Positions 1-13,412 of a stretch of DNA of 64,000 nt are shown here, in pieces (the first letter of the stretch is position 1; the number at the start of each line of letters is the position of its first letter). The translations under genes were made by a program, and so were the position numbers. This DNA is from Leptogorgia sarmentosa (taxonomy: Eukaryota). Under the pieces are notes generated by a model that saw nothing but the letters and a program-made list of their open reading frames with translations, ran no database searches and had not been told where the DNA came from. The DNA lies in assembly GCA_964658305.1 (NCBI GenBank), contig OZ210885.1:22754001-22818000 (forward strand), written 5' to 3'.

Positions 1-1216
1 CAGTAAGGCATCTGTGGTAACACCACATCCACTGGCAAACTTGGGCTCAACAAGAGTCCCATAGCAAGCCTGTAAATAATAACAGCACGTAAATAACAAC
101 AAAAAACACAACAATATGTGTAGAAACTGTTACCATATAGCACAATAAACACCTGTTTCAATAATTCTACATATACTTAATAACAAAATTTTGTGTTATT
201 CGAGGGGTGTGTTACTTGATGTAAATCATCTGAAATACTGTCAATGTTTCATCAGAGATTCTGGAAAACACTCCTTTTGCTCAATATTCCTAAATTTCTA
301 CACATTCTTAAGCTTTCGAACCCCGGAACAAGATTTGACTTGGGGGTTAGTGTTAGGGAGGTGGGGTGGGGCAGTAGGCATTTTTACCCAGGGGAAATTT
401 TGAAATCTGAAGTTCTAGAAATGGCAAAGTTGAGTTTATATTTACTACATATTTCATTCCCTTTTTGTGTGGTGTCCCCCCTGGCTGGAGGTGTGAGGCA
501 AATGACATCCTTTGCCCTCATCCTCTCCTCTCTCTGGCCAGCCTAGCCAATATTGAATATACAATATAATATACTATATATAAACATATTAATATACAAT
601 ATAATATACTATATATAAACATGGTAGTAGTAGTTCTATGGAGAATAATTAATAGTCAACTCACTTTTACATACTGAAATAGCATATCTTGGTGTGGGAG
701 TTGTTTACGAATATTAGATTTTAATGACACAGCGTCCCAAGAACGATCAAAGGGAAAGCCAGAAACAATAAGCTTGTTTTTCTCAAGTGCCACACGAGCA
801 TTGTGCGTTGGGACTTTCTTTGTTCCAGGATCTGGAATGATGACTAGATCCCTATACACAATATTAGATGCAGCCGGTCATCCTCTTTTCCCACTAGAAG
901 CTTTTGATGTTGTTCTGCCGCGTGGCCTCCCTCTCTTACTGCTGGAAGGCTGTCTTCCCTGGGTTGCTGCATTATCGCTGCTACTAGTGGAGGGACTACT
1001 GGTTGGCAAAAGACGTGCAGGGCGGTAGCTAGGAAATCGTCGCAATAGTTCTGAGCGTATTGTTGTTTCATTGTCAGGCTGAGTATTGTTTGCATTGGCT
1101 GTTGATGCTGATGTTGCTGATTCAGCCACTCGCTGGACGTCCTCTCTAGTTATATTTTGAAATAAAAGTAAAGCTTCAGCCGCCTGTCCGCAAGCGGCCA
1201 TAAAGTTGTCAGCCAT
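1..1216 (-). pseudogene. N-terminal exons of a probable G2E3/HECT-like transposon cargo gene, with a nonsense codon
   Basis: ATG at 1216. Exon 1216-665 ends at donor GTGAGT; the next exon (acceptor at 71-70) reads ACYGTLVEPKFASG in phase. ORFs 878..1294 and 656..859 are one frame split by a single TGA at 880-878 (KRG*PAASNIVYRDLVIIP). The HECT domain itself is not in the window. Confidence 0.5.
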
Positions 1217-1439
1217 GTTGTTTATCACACGATTTAGCGCGTGGCAATGGCGCTCGGAGTCCGGAATGCAAAGCGCCCTGGGAGTGTATGTCAAATTCGA
1301 GATTGAATTTAAAATTATATTCCTGCAGAATAAATATGTTTATGTAAGCTAGATTTTGGTGAATGTAATCGCCCAAATTGCAATCACCTTAATGGGAATA
1401 AAACTAAATTCATATGTAATCTATCTAGTACACAATATG

Positions 1440-1612
1440 ATTAATTTGATGAAATTCGTAACGCGAATAAATGAAATTCAATGCGAATAATTTAATTCAC
1501 GATGGGAATAAATGTAATTCGCAATGTGAATAAATGTAATTTAAGCGAATTAATGCAATTTGCGATGCGAATAAATGAAATTCAATGCGAATATATTTAA
1601 TTCAATGGCAAT
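1440..1612. repeat. Degenerate subterminal tandem repeat (GCGAATAAATGAAATTCAAT-like)
   Basis: Several imperfect copies of gcgaataaatg(t/a)aatt visible directly. Confidence 0.75.
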
Positions 1613-1635
1613 AAAGAAATGTTCGGCGCGTCATA

Positions 1636-4600
1636 AAAAACCTTCACCTAACACCACCTTTCGTTTGCCTAAACTAAAGGGGTTCAGAATTGCCCATTTA
1701 AATATCGGTAGTTTGATAAAACATTTTGATGAACTTTTAATTTATATGCATGACAAACCCTTTGATATTTTGACACTTAACGAAACTCGACTCGATGATA
1801 GCATACTGAACTCTGAGATCAAAATCTCAGGATATGACATTGTTAGACGTGACAGAAACAGAAACGGCGGGGGTGTCGCAATGTACATCCGAAGTTGTAT
1901 AGCATTTACTAACCGGAATGATCTAGTTCCTGAGTCACTTGAACAAATCTGTGTTGAAATCAACAAACCTAAGAGCAAGCCGTTCTTAGTCTCCTCTTGG
2001 TATAGACCACCTAATTCTAAAATCGAAATATTCAATCTCTTTGAAGAATTTCTTAAACGCGTTGATATTGAGGATAAAGAATTAATTATTACAGGAGATT
2101 TGAATTGTGATCTATTACGGCCAGATAAAAATGTGTGTACGGTTAGATTATTGGATATATTTGATCTGTATCATCTGAAACAACACATACAAAGTCCTAC
2201 TAGAGTAACTCTTAACTCTCAAACATTAATCGATGTTATTATACATTTAAAATTTATTCTCGTTCCTGATTGGTCAGAAAGCACCAGCTAATTCTCAGTA
2301 TTCGGTACTTATTACGTAATTTCCGCCGATGACGTCATCAGCGTCCAATAATTATTTTTTTGGATCGAACTTGCATCCAAAAAAAAAATTATTGGACTCT
2401 CTCGTGCCCAAGCCCCAGCGCTGTCAAAAACTTTGAAGCTAAAAGCGCGCGAAAAAACAAACAAACAAACAATGGCCTGCAGCAGATTTGCTTCGCTGAA
2501 TGAAAGTGAACTCTCTTTTAAATGTATAATAAAACAATTATTGGATTCGGCTTCGCATGATATCAAGAATTATTCAGACCTCGGTCAATGTTATCCGCCT
2601 CAGCTTCGCTTCGGCAGATAACATTGACCTCGGTCTGAATAATTCTTGATATCATGCTCAGCCTCATCCAATAATTGTTTATTATTATCAGCTCGATTGA
2701 TGATAACAAGACAGTAGAAGCGGGGGTTGTTGAACTGGGCATCAGTGATCATAACTTAGTTTATATATGCCGTAAAGTCAGTGTGCCAAAAGAGCCACCA
2801 AAAATAATATTTAGTCGTCAATTCAAAAATTTTGAAGTTAATCAATTTAGAAAAGACTTGAGTAATATCTTTGCTTCTGATATTATTACAGATGACCCAA
2901 ACAACATGTGGCATGATTGGAAAAATAGGTTTTTGCATGTTGCTGAGAAACACGCGCCTATTCGACAACGTCGTGTAAAAAGTGACTAAACCATGGCTCA
3001 CTGAACATATCAAAAAACAATGTTACCATAGGGACTTTCTTAAGAAACAAGCAGTTAAACTTAAATCTCCATATTACGATACGGCTTATAAAAGGCATAA
3101 AAACTATGTTAATGGCCTTACCAAATCCACAAAAGCAGAGTATTTCAAAACAAAACTTGGTAATACTAAGAACAGCCACGATAGCTGGCAGACAATAAAT
3201 AGCTTATTAAACAAGAAATCTAAAACTACAGAAGTAAATCAGTTAAAAATGAACAATTGTAATATCACAGGAGATCAAAATATTGCGGCTTGTTTCAATG
3301 ACTATTTTGCTACAATTGGGTCTAAACTCGCTGAAAATATCACCCAGAACGGCGTTGATCCCTTGCGATTTGTAACTCCTGTTAAAAATAATTTTTGCTT
3401 CAAAAACATCAACGCCTCTGAACTGTTCGACACTCTTGCAAAAATTAAGACTAAACAATCAACAGGAATCGATGGTATAAGTATTAAACTGTTGAAATTA
3501 GCTGGTAATATAATATTAGATTCATTGAGTAGCATTTTTAATCACTCCTTACAAACAGGAATTTACCCTGATGACTGGAAATTGTCTAAGGTATCACCAA
3601 TCTTTAAGGATGGTGCAAAAACCGAGTGTGGTAATTACAGACCAATTTCTGTCATTTCTATCATTGCCAAACTATCCGAGAAACTAGTATGTAATCAACT
3701 TAAAACCTACTTGTTCAATAATAGTATAATAACTAAAAACCAGTCAGGTTTTCGAGAGCAGCACTCTACGGAAACCGCTTTACTTGATTTAACAAACGAT
3801 TGGCTCCATAATATGGATAATGGTTTATTGAATGGGGTTTTGTTTCTAGATTTCAAAAAAGCGTTTGACTCAGTCAATCATAACATACTGCTTTCCAAAT
3901 TAGAGCTTTACGGTTTTAGAGGAACTAGTTTGAAATGGTTTAGTTCTTATCTCAGCAACAGGAAACAGATTTGTTCCATCAATGGCAAACAATCAGGTGT
4001 AAACGAACTTAAGTGTGGAGTTCCACAGGGATCCAACCTCGGGCCATTTCTGTTTCTCTTATATATTAACGACTTGCCCAGATGTCTCCAAACTACTAAG
4101 GCTAAATTATTTGCAGATGATACAACTCTTTCCATCAGTGCTCAAACCGTAGACGAAATTGAATCAAAACTTAATCATGATCTTTTGAATGTTAACGAAT
4201 GGCTCATTGCAAATAAACTTACTCTAAACGAAACGAAAACTGAATTTATGATAATAGGATCACGCCAACGAGTCCCACCATTTGAGCAGGGCCCCATAAT
4301 TAAACTTGGTAATCAAGTTATTAAGCGTGTAACCAATAAAAAGACACTCGGTGTAATTCTAAATGAACACCTAAATTGGAACAAGCATATCAACGAACAA
4401 AATAAGAAGATTTCAAACAATATTGCTTTACTAAGGAGAGCTAAATCGTTTGTGCCTGAACATATCCTTAACAAAATGTATAATGCATTTGTAATTCCGA
4501 ATTTCTGTTACTGTTCCACTGTTTGGAATGATGGTTACAAAAGTAAACTTGCAAAGCTATCTAAACTTCAAAAAAAAGCGGCACGTGTGATAACTGGCGC

Positions 4601-5177
4601 TTCATACGATGTACGGTCCAAGGAAATATTTCAAAAACTTGATTGGATGCCAATCCACAAAGCTTGTCAATTCGAGAAAATATTGTTACTTTTAAAGCAC
4701 TTACTGCTAATTCTCCGAGTTATCTCACAGAAATGTTCAACTTTTGTTCAAACGAAAAATACAACTTGAGAAGTAATTATCGCCAACTTTCCCTTGAGAA
4801 ACCTAACACAAATTTTCTCAAAAAAAGTTTTTCATATAGAGCGGCAAAATCTTGGAACAATCTCCCGGATAACATAAAACAAAACGTCGACAATATCACA
4901 CTAAACATTGCTGAATCTATGCTCATCAACCATTACAAAACCGATTAAGTCCCCTTGGGTTAATTAGTCAGTAGTTTTTACCATAATAAGAATAATTTAA
5001 TTAGTTGTTTAATGTAATAGTGTATACCATAGTGTGAAGTTGACCAGTATGTAGGCTTCACGATTTTTGTATTTTAGATTTAGTTATATTTGTAATTTGT
5101 GCACGGCCCATTGAAAATCAGCGTAGTACGCTGAATGGCTACCGTGCTAAAAGAATTTTAAAGATTAAAGATTAAAT
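1636..5177 (+). mobile_element. Decayed CR1/L2-group LINE (APE endonuclease + reverse transcriptase)
   Basis: APE motifs LNETRL, YRPP, GDLN and SDH; RT motifs QSGFR, DFKKAFD, GVPQGSNLGP and FADD. Interrupted by an insertion at 2243-2688, with frameshifts near 2985 and 4660. It has a 3' stem-loop (about 5102-5146) and a short AAAGATT repeat tail. Confidence 0.9.
2243..2688. mobile_element. Non-autonomous element with a long terminal hairpin (possibly Crypton-type)
   Basis: Hairpin of about 160 bp at 2526-2685 and TGATTGG near the other end. TTATTAT lies at both junctions (2236-2242, 2682-2688). Removing it restores the LINE frame IDVIISSIDDNK. Confidence 0.8.
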
Positions 5178-8100
5178 TGTGCATATTCCACATCCTTTTA
5201 ATTTCCTTTTTTATATTCGTAAAATCCATCATATTATTCTGCGCTGCAGCGGTTTTCCACATGCTTCGTTCAAATCGGCTGAACGTAGTGCAATTGCGCA
5301 CTTTTGATTTGCTTTGAGATATTTCTGAGAATCCAGGATGAAAGTTTAACTTTTTACTGGATGGGGAAAGATACTTTCCTTTTTTTGATTTATTCATGGA
5401 ACTGTTTTGTGCCATTTCTCTTCGGGCAACGGGAATCGCTTGTTTGGTCTATGTCAGAATTGTCGGAATTATCTTGTACACCTGAAGTGGCGGCTAACGA
5501 ACAGAGCTGCTCCACCTTTTGAAGGTTCTTATTTTTCTTTCCGGCTCCTTTTAAGAGACTGTCGACGAATTCTCTTTGAAGTGCTTTGTTGTCAATCCAA
5601 TTTTCCCCAATGAATGAATCTAAACGTAATTGTCGATTTCCTTTAAACGAAACGTTTTTCTTTATTTTGAAAAAATTTTCAACTTCTGCATTTGTCTTAT
5701 TGTCTACTTGTGAATCTCTGACGTCAGGATTGGGTTGGAGATCAGATGGCGTACTGAATGTCGTATTGTACCTTCATGTCTCCAAGAAGTAAGCCAGACC
5801 AGAGTGTGCAACTAGGAAGATAGTTCTTTAAAATGTAGTCAAAATACTTAGGCATGAAGTATTTATTTAAATCACCAGAAGAGACTTTGCTTGATTCCAT
5901 AGTAGTCAACTCGTGATCCCAATATTCTTTCATCGATATTTTGACTGAAAGTTCGGTTGGTAGGTCATCATTTTCCATGTTTGTTTCGTCGCCAGAATCC
6001 GAGTTACTGATTTCAATATGTGAATCGTTTTCTTGTGGGTGCGCATTATTAAAGTTATGTATATCATCAGAAAAGTTGTCCAATGTTTTTAAAAGTGTAC
6101 TATCGACGTATCTACTTTTGAATATGTAATGACCTAATCGAACTATGCGATTTATTTCTTGTAAAGTATTCGATGCTATTAGACGTCCAAAAAAACGCAT
6201 TGCTATATGGACTTGGCTACTGATAGGAAGATTCCTTTTGTACAATTCTTTTGCGTGTCGTTTAATAATTTGCATCATGTGAAGATTTAAGTACATCTGA
6301 TTCATTTGCTAAACCCATAACAATTCTATACCCACGTTCTAGAAATTCTTCGTATGATTCGTTGTTGAACTCTTTGAGACAAGCAATTATTATCGCCAGG
6401 CTAAAATCACTCATAACCAGAGATGACACGACATTTTTAGACTTGAATACATCCTTCTCTCTCTCTTTTAACTTTCGAATCATAAGTCCAATTGATTCTG
6501 CATTATGGCGGCTAGAAATCAATTCTGATATAGGAATAGGTGCATTCAAACGGTAGGGATTTCGTAATACCATTGCGTAATAAAGAAGGCTGGGGTAGTT
6601 CTGTTCGTTGGCAAATAATTTTCCTGTAGCATCGATGTATATTATGTCTTGTTTCGATAATTCGTGGAAAATGCGAACAGAAGCTTCGTTAAATAATACC
6701 ACATTTATATCAGGTGTCACATTGCATATACACTGTATATAACCAAAAAAATTCCTCCAGGTATGACCAAGTCTGATGGCATCATTTTCGTCCTCTTTCT
6801 TTATTGAAGCCTCTAAATCACACAGACCAAATTTATATCTGACTGGTGTTTTTTCTTCGATTCGGACTTAATTCCTCTCATTGTTCCATGAGAGACCCCA
6901 GCTCCAGTTCTTACACCTGCGCAAAATGCATCAGAATCGATGTTAAGCAAACTGTCACTTTAGAAGGGTTGTCGTTTGTTTTCCAGACTTCAGAAATAAG
7001 ATTTTGTCGCAACTGTCCTGTTATTCTTTTCGCCTTGGGTTGCGTTATATCATGCTTCACATCCCCAAAAAAGAATCTCCAACACTCCTTTTTCTTCATC
7101 TGCGATTTTCAATTGCACTTTAACGTCACGATATTTGCAAACAGCATGACCACGCCAGTATGGTGCCTCCTTTTTACGAGAATCCTCTTGCTTGATATAG
7201 TTTTTTTTGAATATCCAACAGCAATAACGGTTTAACCGTTTCAGAATATTTGAAAAAAAGGCAACATATTCTCTACCAAATGCTCTGTGATGTGTATATT
7301 TATTCTTACCAGTGATAACTTTAATTGGTATATCTCGCCATTTGATGGGAAGCACGACAAAGGATGCAGGTCTTGCAAGCGTTGCTCGAAATATGCCAGA
7401 TGATGGCACGTTGCTACCCGACAGTGTCTTAGCTGTCACAGATGATACAGCAGACATATCTAGGAAACCATTATCACCACAATCCTCGTCCAAGGGCTCA
7501 TAACAAGTAAGGGAAGTGTTATTGTCGATGGTGTCAATATGATAAACATCATTTGAAGATTTTTCCATCGGTTTCAGATGTTGGTTTGCGGATTGCGAAT
7601 CGGGACTTTGAATGGGAGTCGTCGATGTTTCATAACATTGTGAATCCCCCACTTCAATGTTTGACAAATTCGATGGCGTCTTTTGCCCTTTTGAAGATGC
7701 TTCCTGTTCACGATGTTGGTCTTCAGAGAGGATTTCATTGTACACAGTGACAACAGCTCGTCCAACAACACGGCCAAAAAAATCATCAATGCCAGCGCTA
7801 CTACCATGAGACAGTGAACTTGTATTTTCCTTAATGTTTCGGGAATCCTGAGAGTTTTGAACAACTTCTGAAACATCGGGAGGTTCAACTTGATCACCTC
7901 CGGGCTCTTTCCTTTCGAATGCATTTGTACGACTTGAATCGTTATCATTTGAATCCTTATTAATAAATTGACATTGTTGCTGAGCATGTACATGTCGAGA
8001 CTCACAAGTAGTGGAGACAGGACATTTTTTAACTCGGCCTCTAATGTCTCCACTGTTTCTTCGCCACACTATACGCAGTCGTTCCACTCTTTTTTTGTCC

Positions 8101-8492
8101 ACGGTAAACATTTTAAAGTAATTTTGTGCAACGGCTTTCCAGAATTCTTTTTTGGATGTTTCATTGGAGATTGATATTCTCATTATAATACTTGCTAGTC
8201 TTTCATAATCCAGTATTTCAACACTTTTTCTGCCACCGCCTCTAAGAACTTTATGCCCATGCCATTTTGATTGCTTCCCTTGTGATGGAAAATTCCAAAT
8301 GTAGTTCGCTCTGTTTTCCAATTCCTTCAAGCAATGAAGTCTTCTGGCATTCTTTCTTTTTTTAAACTTCCCGGTAAAACGCTTTGGGACCGATGTCGAC
8401 ATCGACGAAAATAGTGTCTGCTTGGCCTTTTTGATCGAGAGCAGGACTTTCTCATTGCTGCCAGATAATGCATTTTTATATACCATATACAA
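5178..8492 (-). pseudogene. NOF/MuDR (MULE)-like transposase, frameshifted
   Basis: Consecutive ORFs 7050..8492, 6911..7099, 6262..6720, 5742..6305 and 5158..5415. Motifs YIDATG, LLYYAMV, PIPISELIS and MSDFSLAII resemble the NOF-FB transposase DDE core. The C-terminal part abuts the LINE tail. Confidence 0.65.
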
Positions 8493-8502
8493 TTTTATAC
8501 AT

Positions 8503-9135
8503 ATATGTTATTTACCGGCTGGGAGGTCCGTACGGGAAAATATTTTGTCGAGGTCTCAAAAACGGCCCGAGGCGGAAGGCTGAAGGACGTTTTTGAGATC
8601 GAGACAAAATATTTTCCCGTATGGACAGACCCAAACGGTAAAACCTACTACCGACCGACCTAAACGGCTGCCAAACAGCCAAGACGAAGTGAGAAAGAAA
8701 AAAATTTTCTTTAATATTCACGCTTTTCCACTCAAAATTACAATGAAAAAGGTAGACTATTTATTAAAACTATTTATTTTCGCGGTCGTTTCACGATACA
8801 AACATGGTTAAAATACGCTTTAGACACCGAAATATTTCGCTGAGAATGTTTTGTTTGTTGATACTGATGAGGCTTGTTTATGTCGCTGTAAATACCCCCT
8901 AAAATATCCCTTAATAAAATGAACTTTCATCTGTTCTTTATCGCCTAAATTCGTTTTGAATGTTGTAATAAGCGGCCATTAAATTTTAAAAAACAAAAAC
9001 ATTGACTATATTTCTATTAAATCTACGAGAGTGCAAGCGGTCCGTACCGTAGGATACGGACCTCTCGGCAACCAATCAGAAAGCTCTATTTAGGTTACGG
9101 ACCTGGAGTTACGGGCCGGAAAAAAGTAACATGAA
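8503..9135. mobile_element. Non-autonomous hairpin-ended element (same architecture as 2243-2688)
   Basis: Hairpin at about 8510-8642 (cgtacgggaaaatattttgtc...gacaaaatattttcccgtatg) with central ccgaggcggaaggctga, and CCAATCAG at about 9072. Confidence 0.6.
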
Positions 9136-9212
9136 ATATCTATCTTTGAAAAATGATTATCAATTGTAAAGAAGCAGTAAAGTCCGTTCTGCACATTCGT
9201 TCTGCTCATAAG

Positions 9213-9541
9213 AGGGTCCAGTCATTATTTATGGCAGGGGTGGGGGCTGAAGAGAAAATGGTGGGGTAGCTAATTAACTATTTATGTCTGGGGTGGGGTA
9301 AATAATTAATTAATTTTGCCATATACACACACATTACACATTTAAAAATTCAATGACGAAAAATCGAATCTCACTTGTTGTTATATAATTGCAAGGTTCA
9401 TAAAAATTGGGAAAAAAATTGTTCGCCTTGTTTTAAAAGATGGGGTCAAAATTTTTTTGTCACGAAGGTGGGCTAAGAAACATTTTCTCTTCAGACCCCA
9501 CCCCTGATGTAAATAATGACTGGTCGACCAGTCTGGTCCCT
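9213..9541. mobile_element. MITE
   Basis: Inverted termini agggtccagtcattatttat...agggg and cccct...gtaaataatgactggtc...ccct. The superfamily is not resolved. Confidence 0.6.
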
Positions 9542-10806
9542 AACGATGTTCGTTATTGCTGACTCGACCGTTGGAACTTTATTTAAATATAGCCAATGGC
9601 AGTTGCGCAGAACTGACTTTACTGCATTACAGAAACTAAATACTTACATAAATTGTTCGCCTTTGTTAATTAATATATATTCCTTGATCTTCAAAAATGA
9701 TTACCAAACAAGTTCAATCCTGAACGTCAGAGGTTAAAAAATATGTACTTTCCTTCCCCAGCACTCGAAACGAGCAAAAGAAACTCTATTGGAAACTATC
9801 GCTATTAGGCTAGGTGTTACAACGGATGTTTGCAGTTAATGTCATTTGCGTGCGTAACAGAAAAAATATGGGTGAGTTCGTTTCCTAACAGCATTATGAC
9901 GATGAATATTGTTACGCACGCATGGTTACATAACACGCAAACATGTGCGTGTGCAAATGCATATTTTGCCCGCTCTTTGATTGCGTGGGTGACAAGCCTG
10001 TGGATGTGGAAACCCGAGTATTGTAAACTAACACTAAATAGTGAATACACGCTTCGCATTTTGTTAATTTGCGTAGTAGGTTAATACACACAAAAGCACA
10101 GACATTATTGGAATGTAGCTTTGACGCAGAACGACTAGCAAAGCACAATATTTATATAATGACAAAAGCCAACATATATTTGAAATGTATATTAAATATT
10201 TGACTCCATTCATTTGCTATATTCCATGTTTTCCCTCCTAGTGATCCCTAGCCTGCGGGCATTTCCAATGCAAACAAGAATCACATTTTCCGGCACGGTT
10301 TTCCCCGGAGATCATTTGAATCACCCGCACGTGCTGCTTCACATGGTGTTTACGTTTAGTATTTCGATCACATCCCTTGAAAGTCGATACGCATATCGAT
10401 CATGAATGCTAGTGTTCTTGTGAGTTGTTGACGGTAGATTTTTACCGTAACATTATAAACGCTGCATGTTATGATAGTACAAACATCACTCTAGAATGGT
10501 CATTTCTCGAGAAGACGTGAAAATGCAAAATGAACACGCAATTTTGACGACGCCAGACAAATTTGACATGTTATGGCCGTGCAGCCACCTGAGCCGCATT
10601 TAACGCCAACATTAAAAGAGCCAGTTTGAGTCGTGTGTTATATTTGCCAAAAAGGTTTAAATCGCTATTTCTCCATAAAAGTGCAATAAATAATATTCTA
10701 TCATTAACAGCTCATTATTACGGTGGCCCACAAGGGTCACTAAAACTTTCTTTTAAATTGACTTAACTTTGGTGTATGCCGACCAAACTTTATTAAACAA
10801 ATATAT

Positions 10807-11095
10807 CTTTTGTAGCGATCAAACTTTCTTCTGTAGCGGTCAAACTTTCTTTTGTAGCGATCAAACTTTCTTTTGTAGCAGTCAAACTTTCTTTTGTAGC
10901 GATCAAACTTTCTTTTGTAGCGATCAAACTTTCTTTTGTAGCGTCAAACTTTCTTTTGTAGCGATCAAACTTTCTTTTGCAGCGATCAAACTTTCTTTTG
11001 TAGCGATCAAACTTTCTTTTGTAGTGATGAAACTTTCTTTTGTAGTGATTAAACTTTCTTTTGTAGCGATCAAACTTTCTTTCGTTAGCAATCAA
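10807..11095. repeat. Tandem array of a 21-22 bp unit TTTGTAGCGATCAAACTTTCT(T), about 13 copies
   Basis: Directly visible; it explains the repetitive ORFs 10769..11098 and 10793..11209. Confidence 0.95.
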
Positions 11096-11639
11096 TAAAT
11101 TAGTTCCCAGACCCCCATATTTTTGCCGTAATATGGCGTGAAAACGTATAATTTTGCAAAAATTACTATTTTTACCGTATTTATCGCAAAAGAACGCACG
11201 GTTATACATTTGAGGCTATAATCTTACTATACAATCAACAATTTTGACTAAATTGTAAACTAGAGGTGGCAAATTAATACACTCTAAAATTTCATGTTGT
11301 AATCATATTATACATTCTCGCGCGGTCAGCAAAAAGTGCAGGATACTTAGATCCCTTGTTTGAAAGTACGGTCGGTCCGGAAACTACGAGTTATTACCAA
11401 CATTTTGGTACCGAATACTTGAATTTCGGAGGGAAACTGCGTACGGCAATTTTGCTTTGAATATGGGCAATATTCCTTACTCTGTGATTGTGTCGGGACA
11501 CAATTTATAGAATGCTGCAATACTTCGTGTAATAACCATCAACCATGACTTTGCTGAAAATCAAGTAAGATGGCTGACGAACAGTTTGATCTTTCTGATG
11601 CTGAGGATGCAATAGAAAACGATGCTGAAATCGCCCGTT

Positions 11640-12726
11640 ATGACCTGAATAGCCATGTTCAACAATGAGGTCAGTGTAGGAAGTGCAATCGGCTTTCATA
11701 TCATCAAGAACTTTAAGTTCTTCCCTTGTTAGATCTTCATCACAAATGTTCAACACGTCAATTTGTTTCCAAAGAACGTCATATGCACATTGTTCCAAAA
11801 AACATGGCAGTGGCCCCCCTTGTGCAATCGAAGTTGCAACGATTTCGCCACACGTGCGGAAATTGCCATTTTGCACGTGAAACATCGAATGTATAGGAGT
11901 ACCAGTGGGAAACATGACTCGCCTTATATCCTGTACTGTGTTACCGAGAAATTCCTTTCGAAGGGCACCCGAATCTACTCCATCTTCACCAATATAATGC
12001 ACGTTCAACCTAGATGTTGGTGAATTCTTTTTTGTTTGCCGTTGCCAAAGAAAAAGTTTCCTGGCAAGCTGCGCTTTTCTTCGTGTGCCTACAATAAATT
12101 GTTTGTCGTCATCAACTTTCGTCATCATTATCAATTTCATCCTGTATCATCTCAGCAAATTGCCTGTCAGCATCAATCTGCTGTATTTCTTCATCAGTGA
12201 TGTTCGCGTTTCCACGTTTTTCGTTAAAGTCATGACTACTTTCCCCCGCGAAACAGTCTTGATCTGAGGTGTCCTCACAATCTAGATTATCTAGAAAGCC
12301 CTCAGATAATTCTCTATCACTTTCAGTACAGAGATAGAGCGTTATCTTCTTAAAGTCCTTCCCGAGCTCAGTCTTGTATTTCTCAAGGTCGAAAAAATGT
12401 TTGTACGACCCAGGCATGAATTGTGCGCAACTGCCATCTTGATAAAGCAATACATAATTTTCCTCGCTATCAAAGTTTCGATCGAACGCAGTCCACTTTT
12501 CAATTGCTTTCTGCCGGACCTGAGCATACGTTGAATTTCGAGAGACTAAAATAGGGAGTCGCTTTCCCCAGACGGTTTTCAATTCACCATTGACAATTTT
12601 TTTCTGTCCAATGTTAATTGTAACATCAGGAACAATGGTCTTCGCATTCTTTTTCTTTTTTGATTGAAATTCAGAGCTGCAGCTTCTTTTACTCGTTTTG
12701 TCTTTGATAAAGTCATCTAAGCTCAT
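11640..12726 (-). pseudogene. G2E3-like HECT-domain protein, frameshifted and 3' truncated
   Basis: HECT N-lobe motifs GEDGVDSGALRKEF and GEIVATSIAQGGPLPCFL, plus an MIU-like DADRQFAEMIQ. Frameshift near 12130; homology stops near 11640. Confidence 0.7.
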
Positions 12727-13001
12727 AATTTTTGAAGACTTTGTTTCACTAGGTCTGCCAAATGAACTGCTACATGGAGATCTCCTCTGAGTTTCGCCAG
12801 GAGTAACTGTTTTCACCGTCTTTGAATTCCAACTTGGGTGACCAACGTTTACTTGGTCACTTTTACAGTTCCAACAATATCGAGATTTAAGTTTTACCAC
12901 TGTCCTTAACACTTTTCAGACACAAAAAAATATTTTTTCCACCAATCAACTTAGCATGAATCTTTGCTTCAAAGGTTAGGAATACACACAATCAAGTCCC
13001 A

Positions 13002-13411
13002 GGGGGTGTTTATATGGAGGCCCGGGTACCCGAGCGGGACTTTCGAGGCGGGCTTGCTTGCCAAAACAAACTATTGATCTCATTGCTAAAATAGCAATAT
13101 TTTCTTACAAACGGGAAATACACTTTTGAAAGCCAATTTCACAGTTATAATTCACAAAATCGTTTACTGAGTCCTTTTAAGATTGAAATGCGTCGAAAAA
13201 ATCTAATTTGTATCGGTATATTCGCGCGAAAAGCGAAATAACACCCAGCCCGCTTAGGCGATGGCGCCCGGGTAATTACGTTTATATGGAAAATTTCCAT
13301 CTCGCCTAGGCGGGCCAGCCTGGTTCCCATATAAACGCAAGATGAATATTACTATAAATTATATTGTGACATTAGATCTCGCTTAAGCGAGGCCTCCATA
13401 TAAACACCCCC
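13002..13411. mobile_element. MITE, PIF/Harbinger-like
   Basis: Perfect 21 bp TIR GGGGGTGTTTATATGGAGGCC (13002-13022 and 13391-13411). TSD not intact. Confidence 0.8.
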
Positions 13412-13412
13412 T

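Larger units (their letters stand above)
1..1635. mobile_element. One end of an IS3EU-like DNA transposon (rest lies left of the window)
   Basis: Ends in ...GGCGCGTCATA at 1635 (reverse complement TATGACGCGCC, fitting the TAY..RTA termini of IS3EU). It is preceded by an AT-rich subterminal repeat array and carries a spliced cargo gene. It abuts the LINE at 1636. Confidence 0.5.
10719..12950. mobile_element. Internally deleted IS3EU-like element carrying a HECT-like gene
   Basis: Begins TACGGTGGCC at 10719, followed by a subterminal tandem array and a convergent HECT-like gene. The right end was not found, so the end coordinate is approximate. Confidence 0.55.

Noticed and set aside
1575..2291. 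238 aa ORF as a stand-alone endonuclease gene
   Set aside because: Chimeric: the start lies in the IS3EU-like end, the core is LINE APE and the tail runs into the inserted element.
10807..11095. Regular 21-22 bp repeats resembling a CRISPR array, and repetitive ORFs
   Set aside because: No unique spacers and no cas genes; it is a head-to-tail subterminal array in eukaryotic DNA.
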